Positions 19,278 through 28,450 of a DNA stretch of 42,788 nt are shown piece after piece. This stretch comes from a virus. Taxonomy: Duplodnaviria > Caudoviricetes. The stretch is taken from positions 1 through 42,788 of IMG/VR virus record IMGVR_UViG_3300020045_003118; one strand, given 5' to 3'. A program made the translations under genes and the position numbers. The notes under the pieces are model-generated. The model was not told the DNA's origin. It made no database searches and saw only the letters and a list, made by a program, of their open reading frames with translations. The first letter of the stretch is position 1. Every line of letters starts with the position of its first letter.

Positions 19278-21345
19278 GCTTATTCTAATATTCGCTTTAT
19301 TTGTAGCGACAATAACCCAGGCTTACCCCGACCAGCTTTTACGTCAATTCGATGCGGAGAACGGAACCGTTGGGCAAAATGTTTCTTCCCCATTAAAAGC
19401 CGTCACATATAACTGGCCGACAATTACCAACGAGGTTGTTTCTACCGGGGCTAAATCCTATCGAATATACCTGACAAATGATGGCTCTTTGTTCGGAAAC
19501 AATATAAATGCACTATATCGAACCGAAATGGAAGGGTTTATAGAGGAGGTTAACCCGCGCCGTGTTCAGTTCGATCACGTTTATTACATGCGCGTTGATT
19601 TTTTTCAATCCGCATCGATGTGGGCGAACGACTCAGCAGGTGAAAGCTGGCCGATTCAATTGCATGAAGTTCCAAAAAGCACTACTGGCGGGAATGATTG
19701 GGCAAATTGGGGTTTAGGAACATGCACGCAGTCTGCATTTTCATCGGCCCCGTTTTTCATAAACTGGGCAAACGGTGTTATGTCATTTCGCCGGTATGGT
19801 GGCGTTGAAGTTTGGAATGCAACTCCAGCAAAAGGACAGTGGCATAAACTTGTTATCAGGATAAAAGTATCAAAAAATAGCGGCGGATTTGTCCAAACTT
19901 GGCTTGATGGTGTATCAAAAACAAGCTATTCCGGGCAAACTCATAGGCCAGACAGCGCATTAAATGCGTATTGCGGAACCAACACGACAGCAACTGGTGA
20001 CGTGGTGTTTCAGGAGCCTAAATGGGCGGCCGGGCTGTACAAATTCACATGGCGAAATAGAGCGCAAACAGACGCTACCCATCGGCTTGGTTACCTGGAC
20101 AATATCCTATGGGCCGAGGACACGACCTTAGACGGTTCTGCAGCAGCTCTTGTCGGCGGCACTGGTGCGCTTGGAGGCGATACCACAGGTCCGGTGATCA
20201 GTGCAATGTCAGAAACGCTGATTACATCGAGCGGAGCGACAATAAATTGGACGACAAACGAGGGCGCAACCGAACGAATTGATTACGGGCCAACTACGGC
20301 ATACGGTAGTAATGTCACAACATCGACGTACACAACAACACATGCTAAGATTTTAACTGGGTTAACGCCGGCAACTCCGTACAGCCATAAGATTACATCG
20401 TGCGACACATTCGGTAACTGCTCTCAAAGCGCCAATAGATCGTTTACAACTGCGGCGGCCACGGCGACTTATAGCAATATTGCGGTTTCCAATTTAACGG
20501 CAACAGGCTACACCGTAACGTGGACAACATCAGTTCCACGAACTTCGGTTTTGAGCCATGGTACTACGACAGCATACGGGCTGACTCCGGTAACGGATAA
20601 TACGCTGGTTACGAATCACACGTTAACAGTTAGTGGATTGACTGCGTCTACCCCCTACAATTTCAAACTTGGTGGCGTGGATGGCGCGGCGGCTAATGCT
20701 GAAAGCGCAAACCAAACAACTCGGACGCTGCACTCAATAACGTCAATCAGCGCAATTAACATTACGACAGACGGGTTTACCGCGAGTGCGACAACGTCAG
20801 AGCTGACAACGTCAACGGTTAACTATGGCACAACAACGGCGTACGGTTCAACACGTACAAGGGCAGGAACCAGAACTGCTCAGTTAGTCGATATTGCGCC
20901 GAATGTTAGCATTTTCTTAACGCCAAATACGCTTTATCACTGGCAATTCTGCGGCATTAATGCCGTTGGCGTTAATGCCTGTAGTGCCGATCAGACAGTT
21001 ACTACAGCCAATAACGGTCCGACAATCAGTAATATCGTTACGGCAAAAACTGATACGACGATAACCATAACATGGGATACCAACGTAGCCGCAAACAGCA
21101 TTATTAAATACGGCAAACGGTACGGATCGTGGACCACGCAAACAGACGCGGCGTTAGTCACGACAGGCCACTCGGTGGTATTAACCGGATTAACCCGTAA
21201 CACGTCATACGCGATTGTTGTCAGGTCAGAGGTTGCCAGTGGAACGCCGTTAGAGTCATCCGTTATATTCGTTAAAACTAACAAATGGTCAGGTTTGAAA
21301 GATTATCCTTTTTCATGGCTGGATGACTATTTAGAGGCTGCATAA
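19270..21345 (+). CDS. Signal-peptide protein: polysaccharide-lyase-like jelly-roll domain + four fibronectin-III repeats
   Basis: MHKLILIFALFVATITQA leader; YRTE, IQLH, KGQWHKLV..., QTWLDG, GLYK pattern; four ~90-aa repeats with YG.TTAYG / LTGLT..T.Y-type motifs. Confidence 0.7.
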   Translation: MHKLILIFALFVATITQAYPDQLLRQFDAENGTVGQNVSSPLKAVTYNWPTITNEVVSTGAKSYRIYLTNDGSLFGNNINALYRTEMEGFIEEVNPRRVQFDHVYYMRVDFFQSASMWANDSAGESWPIQLHEVPKSTTGGNDWANWGLGTCTQSAFSSAPFFINWANGVMSFRRYGGVEVWNATPAKGQWHKLVIRIKVSKNSGGFVQTWLDGVSKTSYSGQTHRPDSALNAYCGTNTTATGDVVFQEPKWAAGLYKFTWRNRAQTDATHRLGYLDNILWAEDTTLDGSAAALVGGTGALGGDTTGPVISAMSETLITSSGATINWTTNEGATERIDYGPTTAYGSNVTTSTYTTTHAKILTGLTPATPYSHKITSCDTFGNCSQSANRSFTTAAATATYSNIAVSNLTATGYTVTWTTSVPRTSVLSHGTTTAYGLTPVTDNTLVTNHTLTVSGLTASTPYNFKLGGVDGAAANAESANQTTRTLHSITSISAINITTDGFTASATTSELTTSTVNYGTTTAYGSTRTRAGTRTAQLVDIAPNVSIFLTPNTLYHWQFCGINAVGVNACSADQTVTTANNGPTISNIVTAKTDTTITITWDTNVAANSIIKYGKRYGSWTTQTDAALVTTGHSVVLTGLTRNTSYAIVVRSEVASGTPLESSVIFVKTNKWSGLKDYPFSWLDDYLEAA

Positions 21346-23118
21346 ATGACTATATCAGTCGTAGGCTCAGCAACCGCAACCGCAACAACGGCGGCTAGTT
21401 ATGATATTGCACTTCCGGCTAATATGTCGGAGGGCGATGTTGTATTTGTTCCATATGGGATATCTAATGGCGCTGATTCAACTCTTGGCGTAAATACGGC
21501 GGGTTATACGGAAGTTGCAAATTTATACGCCAACGATGACCATGACGTGAATCTTGCCGTGGCTTATAAAGTCATGGGCCCTATTCCTGACACAGTAGTT
21601 AATGTAATGGGGCCAGGTTCGGTTAATCGTGGCGGCGTTGGGCTTGCGCTTGTTTTGCGCGGCGTAGACCAAACAACACCGATTGATGTAACGACAACAA
21701 CAGCAACCGGAACGAATGATTTTGTTCCAAATCCGCCCAGCATCACCCCGACAACTGCCGGAGCGTGGGTTATCGCTATCGGCGCCGGCGGTGGTACGGT
21801 TGCGGATGGAACTGGTACAGCCCCAGCAGGATATAGCAATCTTGTTGAGGCGTCAATTGCTGGCACAGGTGACTCTTTGATGATCGCCTTAGCTACTAAG
21901 GCGTGGGCAAGCGGTGCAGAGGACCCGGGCACATTTACAAATTATGCTCTTGGCACAGCACTAGCCGGATCATGGGCGGCGGTAACTTTAGCCGTAAGAC
22001 CTGCTACGGTTTCCGCAATTGATGCAGATTTTACGTTTGTCGATCCGCTTGCAAATTGTACAGCGGGTAAAGTTGGAGGATGTCTTGAGCTGGCAATACC
22101 GGCAGGTGGAACGACCCATGATTTAGCCACAGCAAACAAAAATGCATGCTATGCATATCTGGCCGCTTCTAATAATGATTTTGAAATCCAGGCTAAATAT
22201 GTCGGTAATTTATTGGTTGCATCTGGTGAAAATAAAGCGGCCGGGATAATTATCCTAAACACTGACACGCAAAACTGTTTACGATTTGATGTTAATTCGG
22301 ATGCGTCTGCCGGGTTTGAGATAAGGTCTTATGCCGCTCAAATAGTGGCAGGAACGCTAACGCAAAATCATATCGGTACACTAACGACAAACGCGCAACA
22401 AAAATTTTATTTATGCGTGAACCGTACCGGTGACGTTTGGACGTTTTATACATCATTTGATGGACTAACATGGGTTCAAAAGGCTCAGTTTACGTATGCG
22501 TTAACGGTAAATAAAGTCGGGGTATTTGCGGCAAATTCAGGCAGCGCACCTTTGCATACAGCGCAATTCGATTATTTATTAGTCGATGCCCCACGAGCCG
22601 GAATAAGCGCGGCTGGAGTTATAACAGAAGCGGCGGCGGATTCCCTTGTAGGCACTGGACAAATATTGGTTTCAGCGGTTGGGGTAATCAGGGAGAATCC
22701 TGAGGAACTTGATTACGCGATTGGAAACATTATCACGCAAGCGCTATTTGCGTTCCCGAAATTCAAACCAAGAATTAGGGAAACTACGACAAGTACCGGC
22801 GTTGGTCCATTTACGCTGTCTGGCGCTTTCTCGGCGAGTTTTAGCACGGTAGCAAGTAGCTACGCAACTGACGAATCGTTTTATTGCGTTATGGTAGCGA
22901 GAGACACCGGCAATGGCTGGCAAGAAGGATTAGCACATAAAAACGCTGACGGAACGATTACATTCGATTCAATTTCGTATAGTTCAAACAGCAATACGTT
23001 TGTAAATTTCGGCGCCGGCACGAAAGAGGTCTTTATCGACGTGACTGCAGGGTTCGTTAACGACCTGGTCGACAAGATCAACGAACTAAGCAGCAGAATA
23101 TCGGCGGCAGGGTTTTGA
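21346..23118 (+). CDS. Multi-domain fibre/adhesin-like protein (beta-sandwich + ConA-like domain + conserved phage anchor domain)
   Basis: LRGVD.TTPID..P.PPSIT domain; RTGD.WTFY.S.DG.TW lectin-like domain; RETTTSTG.G.FTLSGA...SSNS...VNF.AGTKEVF domain. Confidence 0.6.
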   Translation: MTISVVGSATATATTAASYDIALPANMSEGDVVFVPYGISNGADSTLGVNTAGYTEVANLYANDDHDVNLAVAYKVMGPIPDTVVNVMGPGSVNRGGVGLALVLRGVDQTTPIDVTTTTATGTNDFVPNPPSITPTTAGAWVIAIGAGGGTVADGTGTAPAGYSNLVEASIAGTGDSLMIALATKAWASGAEDPGTFTNYALGTALAGSWAAVTLAVRPATVSAIDADFTFVDPLANCTAGKVGGCLELAIPAGGTTHDLATANKNACYAYLAASNNDFEIQAKYVGNLLVASGENKAAGIIILNTDTQNCLRFDVNSDASAGFEIRSYAAQIVAGTLTQNHIGTLTTNAQQKFYLCVNRTGDVWTFYTSFDGLTWVQKAQFTYALTVNKVGVFAANSGSAPLHTAQFDYLLVDAPRAGISAAGVITEAAADSLVGTGQILVSAVGVIRENPEELDYAIGNIITQALFAFPKFKPRIRETTTSTGVGPFTLSGAFSASFSTVASSYATDESFYCVMVARDTGNGWQEGLAHKNADGTITFDSISYSSNSNTFVNFGAGTKEVFIDVTAGFVNDLVDKINELSSRISAAGF

Positions 23119-23948
23119 TGTTAGGGTTTAATCCGATCAGCACGAGTGCGATTAGTTCTTTTGGGACTTCGGTTATTGTGCAGATAATTCGAGCGCTAAC
23201 ATTTGCCGGGCAGGTGTTTGAGGCAACGCTCGTTTTGATTGTGAGAACACTGTCATTTAATGGCGGTTTGATCACCAATGTTAATAAATTTATCAGCAGC
23301 GGGTTAGGCTTTGCCGGGGCAGTTATTAAGGATGCGGACAAATTGATTAGCGGCGGCTTGGGCTTTGCCGGATCGGTGACGAAGAACGTCAACAAGCTTG
23401 TTTTAGCCGGTATTGCTTTTTCAAAAACGATAGTCACGTCGATAAATTTGTTTTTATCGGCTGGCATTGGTTTCGCCGGTGGGTTATTTAAAAACGGGAC
23501 AAAGGTTATCAGCGGCGGCTTAGGTCTGTCAGGGGCAAGCCTGAAATTTGCCAACAAGTTTTTGTCGGCAACTATGGATTTGTCAGGTGGCTTATTAAAA
23601 AACTCGACAAAATTGGCTACGGCAACATTAACAATGAGTTCGTCAGTGCTTAAAAACGGCACAAAGGTGGTCGATGCAAGCCTGGCATTGACCGGGGCAT
23701 TAACGAAAAACATTATCAAGTTGGTTGCCGGTTCATTGGGTCTTTCAAGGATTTTGTTTATCAATAGACGGGTGCTGGTAGCGATAACCAGAACACTGGC
23801 TTTGTCAGGACCAATGCTAAAGCAGATGGACAAAAAATTATCGGCGGCGCTCGGGTTGTCGCGGTCTCTTTCTTCAACACTGACTTATTACGCAAGCCGA
23901 ATTTTCTTTGTGAAATACGAGGACCGGACTTTTGAGGTAACTGATTAA
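23115..23948 (+). CDS. Repetitive beta-strand fibre-shaft-like protein
   Basis: About 11 degenerate 18-aa repeats K(L/F/V)ISxGLxFxGxxxKxx. Confidence 0.55.
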   Translation: MMLGFNPISTSAISSFGTSVIVQIIRALTFAGQVFEATLVLIVRTLSFNGGLITNVNKFISSGLGFAGAVIKDADKLISGGLGFAGSVTKNVNKLVLAGIAFSKTIVTSINLFLSAGIGFAGGLFKNGTKVISGGLGLSGASLKFANKFLSATMDLSGGLLKNSTKLATATLTMSSSVLKNGTKVVDASLALTGALTKNIIKLVAGSLGLSRILFINRRVLVAITRTLALSGPMLKQMDKKLSAALGLSRSLSSTLTYYASRIFFVKYEDRTFEVTD

Positions 23949-24268
23949 TGGCCTACTGGAACATGGCAAACCCGGCCAAGCCGACAGGGTTAAAAGATGC
24001 AGACGACAAGAAGTTTTTTATACCGGTGAGCTTTCAAACTTGGCTGGTAAAAAATGGCTACACGTATGTAAGCCACACGGTACAGGTAACGGGTGGACTA
24101 ACAGTCGATTCGAGCACGTTTAATCAAAGCGGAGCGGTTGAATTGATTTTGTCTGATGGCACACCAGGCGAGTTAGCATCATTTACGATCAGAATAACTG
24201 TTTCAGACGGCACGATTAACGACATAACGAAAGACCAAACCCTTTATTTGAGGATTAGAAATGGTTAG
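23948..24268 (+). CDS. Putative fibre adaptor protein
   Basis: KD.D.....F..WL...LS.GT.G......IT.SDG.....T..L.I pattern of small phage adaptor proteins. Confidence 0.55.
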   Translation: MAYWNMANPAKPTGLKDADDKKFFIPVSFQTWLVKNGYTYVSHTVQVTGGLTVDSSTFNQSGAVELILSDGTPGELASFTIRITVSDGTINDITKDQTLYLRIRNG

Positions 24269-24289
24269 TAACAAATTGATTGGTGGTGC

Positions 24290-25462
24290 GTGATGGGTAG
24301 TTTTGTATTATCAAGACCAGGAGGCTATCAGAACAAAAGAACAGCAATTGTTCTTGGTGATTCTATAACGGCCGGTTCGAGCGCATTAGCAAATGGAGCA
24401 TGGCAATTCGGAAAAACTATTCCTGAAATGCTGGTTTTTAAATCAGGGATTGCGTTAATTAAAAATTCTGGGATTTCCGGTCAAACCGCACTACAAATAC
24501 GAAATAGAGTTTTCTCTGATGTTATTCATAATACTATAAAACCATCAGTTTGCTTATTGCTGGCAGGAACAAACGATTTATCAAGTGGAATGAGTGAGGC
24601 GGCAATAGCTGCCATGCTTAATAATATAGAATTCATGATTAACATGTTAATAAACAGTAATATAACTCCTGTTTTATTAACTCCACCACCTAAAAATGCG
24701 GCCGCATTAGAATCCAGAATTGTTCAGCCGTATTATTACGATATTGCAAATTATTACAATATTAAATTAATTGATTTATATTCTGTTTGTGCTGACCCGT
24801 TAACTGGATCATACATATCAGGTTATAGTAGTGACGGTACACATCCTATAGCTGACGGCATTAATGCTGTTTTATCGACGCATTCAGATGTTTTATCAAA
24901 TATTGAGAATGCACATTTTTCTAATAGATATTTAGCTACCTATTCAAACACAAGTTCGGGTAATTTAGATAATTTAATTAGAAATGGTAATTTTGCGCGG
25001 TCAACAACACCACCAAACCCAGACGGATGGACGGTAAATGGAACTAACGGCTCTAACACGTTGACAGATACTGTATTTCCAAATACGGGAAATAAATTTA
25101 CATATTCTCGCGCCGCCGCTACTGCCGCATACGCATTATCTGGAACAGCAATAACAACAAATTTTTCTGTAGGCGATACGATGCAGATTGATGTTGACAT
25201 AGAAATATCAGGGCTAACACCAGCATCTGCCTCGGGTGTGCAGGTAAATCTTGCGTTTAATACGGCGACAACAAAAGTATTAAACAATATACCATACAAC
25301 GATTCGTACAAATTATCACATCAATTTGTTATCCCATCGGGTACAACATCAATAACTCCTCAGGTTTACGTTCAAGATATTGGAGACACTGTTGTTAAGA
25401 ATTTTACGTTAACAAATATTACAAAAAGGCGAGCAATATATAATCCGGGTAATCCAATATGA
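24290..25462 (+). CDS. SGNH/GDSL esterase with C-terminal carbohydrate-binding-like domain
   Basis: Blocks GDSIT, SGISG, AGTND, DGTHP; NLIRNGNF start of a CBM-like domain. Confidence 0.85.
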   Translation: MMGSFVLSRPGGYQNKRTAIVLGDSITAGSSALANGAWQFGKTIPEMLVFKSGIALIKNSGISGQTALQIRNRVFSDVIHNTIKPSVCLLLAGTNDLSSGMSEAAIAAMLNNIEFMINMLINSNITPVLLTPPPKNAAALESRIVQPYYYDIANYYNIKLIDLYSVCADPLTGSYISGYSSDGTHPIADGINAVLSTHSDVLSNIENAHFSNRYLATYSNTSSGNLDNLIRNGNFARSTTPPNPDGWTVNGTNGSNTLTDTVFPNTGNKFTYSRAAATAAYALSGTAITTNFSVGDTMQIDVDIEISGLTPASASGVQVNLAFNTATTKVLNNIPYNDSYKLSHQFVIPSGTTSITPQVYVQDIGDTVVKNFTLTNITKRRAIYNPGNPI

Positions 25463-25489
25463 TAGATTGGCAACAAAACAGCAATTAAT

Positions 25490-25807
25490 ATGAATCTAAT
25501 CACTCAATTCGCAATACTTTTCTTGTTTTTAATCATTGGTATATTGGGCGCTTGCGCTCACTATTTCAAAAAGCGCTATGGCGACAAAACAATCGATTGC
25601 AGTTTATTGGCATACATCAAAGGCAATAGGCCGGCAACATTGAAAGCTATTTATGCTCTATTTGCTGCTGAATTTGCAATTGCCGTTACTCATATTGTTT
25701 CAAATAGTGAATTTTCATTGCAAGAAATCGGCTTGGCCTGGACTGCTGGCTATATGCTCGACTCCTGGTTTAACCGCCCCAGTGAAGCCGACAAGACAGG
25801 ACGATGA
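25490..25807 (+). CDS. Putative holin
   Basis: Three hydrophobic segments, AGYM.DS..N motif, upstream of the endolysin. Confidence 0.6.
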   Translation: MNLITQFAILFLFLIIGILGACAHYFKKRYGDKTIDCSLLAYIKGNRPATLKAIYALFAAEFAIAVTHIVSNSEFSLQEIGLAWTAGYMLDSWFNRPSEADKTGR

Positions 25808-25906
25808 ATTTAAGCGAGTATTGAAGCAAAGCCGCCAGGCGCTTATTGCTGGTCTTTGCTTTATGTGCTCTATTTTGATTGTTTTCGCGTTGTTTGTGGG
25901 TAGTTT

Positions 25907-26353
25907 ATGAATCCAAACATTAAAGCCTTTCTCGACATGATAAGCGTTAGCGAGGGAACCGCGCGTTACCCTTATTTTGGCTATAAAACCATTGTAGGCG
26001 GCCAACAGTTCCATAGCTATGCCGATCACCCAAGGATAAAAGTCTGGATTGAAATGATAGGCGATTATTCGACATGCGCCGGCCGCTATCAGATTAAGCG
26101 TAAGAATTATGACTTCTATAAACGTGCGTTGATGCTAAGCGATTTCGGGCCAGACTCGCAGGATCGTATCGCTATTCAATTGATTTGCGAGTGCGGCGCT
26201 TACCGGGACATTATCAACGGCAATATATCAACGGCAATCAAGAAATGCGCAAGTCGGTGGGCTTCATTTGAGGGCGCTGGTTACGGCCAGAAAGAGCACA
26301 AAATTTCATTTCTTGTAGCGGCTTATCAACAATCTGGCGGTTCTGTTGCGTGA
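25907..26353 (+). CDS. Endolysin, lambda R-like transglycosylase
   Basis: AFLDMI..SEGT, DHPR, ST.AGRYQ, DF.P.SQD, WAS..GAGYGQ. Confidence 0.95.
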   Translation: MNPNIKAFLDMISVSEGTARYPYFGYKTIVGGQQFHSYADHPRIKVWIEMIGDYSTCAGRYQIKRKNYDFYKRALMLSDFGPDSQDRIAIQLICECGAYRDIINGNISTAIKKCASRWASFEGAGYGQKEHKISFLVAAYQQSGGSVA

Positions 26354-26652
26354 TTTCTGCGCGTCGATTAAAAACAGAGCTGCACTATGATCCTTATACC
26401 GGCGTTTTTGTTCGTCTTCAGGATAAGTCAAGGCGAGTTACAAAGCATTACCCGGTTGGAAATTACACCGATTCAAAGGGACACCGAATGACAGTTATTA
26501 ACTACAGGAAATACAAACTGTCCTATTTGGCTCATTTATATGTCACTGGCGTATGGCCTAAACGTGGTATCCGATATTTTGACGGGGATAAGAGGAATTT
26601 AAGGTGGGGAAATCTTTCGGAAACAGGCAATCGAATTGCCAATTATTTTTAG
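26350..26652 (+). CDS. Degenerate HNH-endonuclease-like protein
   Basis: L.YDP.TG.F, Y.TG.WP, DG...N....NL scaffold, but the conserved His residues are replaced. Confidence 0.65.
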   Translation: MISARRLKTELHYDPYTGVFVRLQDKSRRVTKHYPVGNYTDSKGHRMTVINYRKYKLSYLAHLYVTGVWPKRGIRYFDGDKRNLRWGNLSETGNRIANYF

Positions 26653-26787
26653 AGGAATCAAATGATATTTTTAACCTACATCATAGGTTTCGGAATTCTT
26701 GAATTTTACTACGATCCCATGACGGCATTTTCAATCATTGGGTTGATTGCTGGAACCGTCATGGGGTCGGTTGTAATCGGCGAAAAA

Positions 26788-27387
26788 TTAGCCGCCGTCT
26801 GCAATAACCAGCGACCAAACAAAGTCGATTGATTCGCCAGGGTCTCTCGGGATCCCAGCAAACTTAGAGCGATCTGCCAAAACACCAGCCGAAGCGGCAT
26901 TAAATACGCCGTGCTCGGTAACGGTCACAACCTCATCAAATACCAACGTACCAACGGACTTGTAAGTTTTTGCCGTAGCATTGTCTTGGGTGCCAACTGC
27001 GCGGGTAGTGTTCGGGTTCAGTTGCGTAGTGCAAGGGGTGACCAGCGCCGTATCGGTAATAGCTTCGTTTGTCGTACCGGTGCCGCAATCGTGATACTTG
27101 AAAGTTTTAATATCCGCGCCGCCGGCACCGTTCGCCATGCAGTCACGCAAATAGTTAACAAATGCCGTGGTGACGACGCGACGCGACACGATGCCGAGAG
27201 GTGTTCTGTCTCCGTGCTTATCGATCAATGTAGCGTTTAAATTGGCGTAAATTTTTACCTTTGATGTGTCGTTCAGCCATTTAGCAAGCTGTCCATCAAC
27301 AGCGTGATAAGCGCCTATAAACATCCACCGCGCATGTGCTTTCCAGTTGCGTAGTTGATACGCAAATTTAACAAGTGTTTTTTGCAT
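26788..27387 (-). CDS. Tail-collar/fibre-like structural protein on the opposite strand
   Basis: GTGTT..A.TDTAL, TEHGVFNA...G.L..R..F, D..W motifs; conserved late hairpin in its leader. Confidence 0.6.
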   Translation of the reverse strand: MQKTLVKFAYQLRNWKAHARWMFIGAYHAVDGQLAKWLNDTSKVKIYANLNATLIDKHGDRTPLGIVSRRVVTTAFVNYLRDCMANGAGGADIKTFKYHDCGTGTTNEAITDTALVTPCTTQLNPNTTRAVGTQDNATAKTYKSVGTLVFDEVVTVTEHGVFNAASAGVLADRSKFAGIPRDPGESIDFVWSLVIADGG

Positions 27388-27420
27388 TGTTGTCTCCCGA
27401 CAATAATATGTTAATTAACG

Positions 27421-27450
27421 CCTATACTATATCATTTTATTATCTGTCAA
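27421..27450 (-). promoter_or_regulatory. Possible sigma70 promoter for 26788..27387
   Basis: TTGACA at 27450-27445; -10 candidates TAGTAT and TATAGG at non-optimal spacings (15 and 18). Confidence 0.35.
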
Positions 27451-27622
27451 TACATGATTTATGTTATTTTTACAGATGTTTAGCCCCGCTTTTAATCTTA
27501 AAAATAGCCGTTTTGTAAACCACAAACAGGCAACCGATCATACCAATGAAACCAGAAACAATCCCGGCAAATATAAAAAATAACGTGTCATGAACTATCA
27601 TTTTAAATCACCATTTATAAAT

Positions 27623-27916
27623 TTAATTGATTTTAAATGTTTTTTTAATAAAATTATGGGCAAATTCTCCAGCACAATTACTATTAATATCACCTAAATA
27701 AATAGGTTGAACTAAATAAGAACTTTCTGGCAATCCTGACCAGTCTATTTGACTATCAACATCACCTGTTAAAAATATAAAAATGAACGTTTCTGTTGAT
27801 GCATTATAAAGATTTTCAACATACTGTAATGTTGGGTTAAAAAGCACAATGTAGCTAGCATGGTAAATCTTTGTTGGTTTAAATTGACTAATGTCTATTA
27901 CTTTTCCGACTGGCAT
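27623..27916 (-). CDS. Hypothetical protein (AT-rich)
   Basis: ORF with RBS, coupled to the upstream gene. Confidence 0.55.
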   Translation of the reverse strand: MPVGKVIDISQFKPTKIYHASYIVLFNPTLQYVENLYNASTETFIFIFLTGDVDSQIDWSGLPESSYLVQPIYLGDINSNCAGEFAHNFIKKTFKIN

Positions 27917-27917
27917 G

Positions 27918-28178
27918 TTATTTACCTATAATCTCTTTATATGTTTTCCTGTATGCATCAAAGTAAGTTGATGTTTCAAGGTAGTTCAGTGCAAATAATC
28001 CTTTTATTGCGAATTTTGATTCTTCTGTAGTCGATAGCTGAGTTAACAATAAAGTTTCAAGTTCTTTATACTCCATTTTTCTTATTTCGCTAACACTGAG
28101 GCGGCCTGATATTTTTTGCGATTCGTAGTTATATTTATAAATCCCCATAGTTATCATTGGCTCAAGTGGTATGTCCAT
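27918..28178 (-). CDS. Hypothetical protein
   Basis: ORF in the leftward array with RBS. Confidence 0.55.
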   Translation of the reverse strand: MDIPLEPMITMGIYKYNYESQKISGRLSVSEIRKMEYKELETLLLTQLSTTEESKFAIKGLFALNYLETSTYFDAYRKTYKEIIGK

Positions 28179-28228
28179 TATTTATCCTTTGTTTGGTTAA
28201 AAAGCACGTATGTATGGATAAAATTTAT

Positions 28229-28450
28229 TCATTGTTTTAGTTTATCAAAAAGTAATTTGTTTATTTCAAAGTCGATTAAAGCCATGTCTTTCATTAATCC
28301 GGCTTTCATTTTTAAGAAATACTCAACATCATTATGTGTGTTCGCTTTTAGTGCGCTTGTTAACATGCCAATGTTTTGGCTTAGGGTTTCGATGCGTTCT
28401 GGTAATGTCATGATGTCACACATTTTGATAAAATTTCTTGAAATTGACAT
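28229..28450 (-). CDS. Hypothetical protein
   Basis: ORF in the leftward array. Confidence 0.45.
   Translation of the reverse strand: MSISRNFIKMCDIMTLPERIETLSQNIGMLTSALKANTHNDVEYFLKMKAGLMKDMALIDFEINKLLFDKLKQ

Noticed and set aside
23078-23833. 251-aa minus-strand ORF
   Set aside because: Antisense shadow of the repetitive, coupled plus-strand gene 23115..23948
16836-25462. Diversity-generating retroelement or invertible tail-fibre switch
   Set aside because: No reverse transcriptase, serine invertase, TR/VR pair or flanking inverted repeats seen by eye
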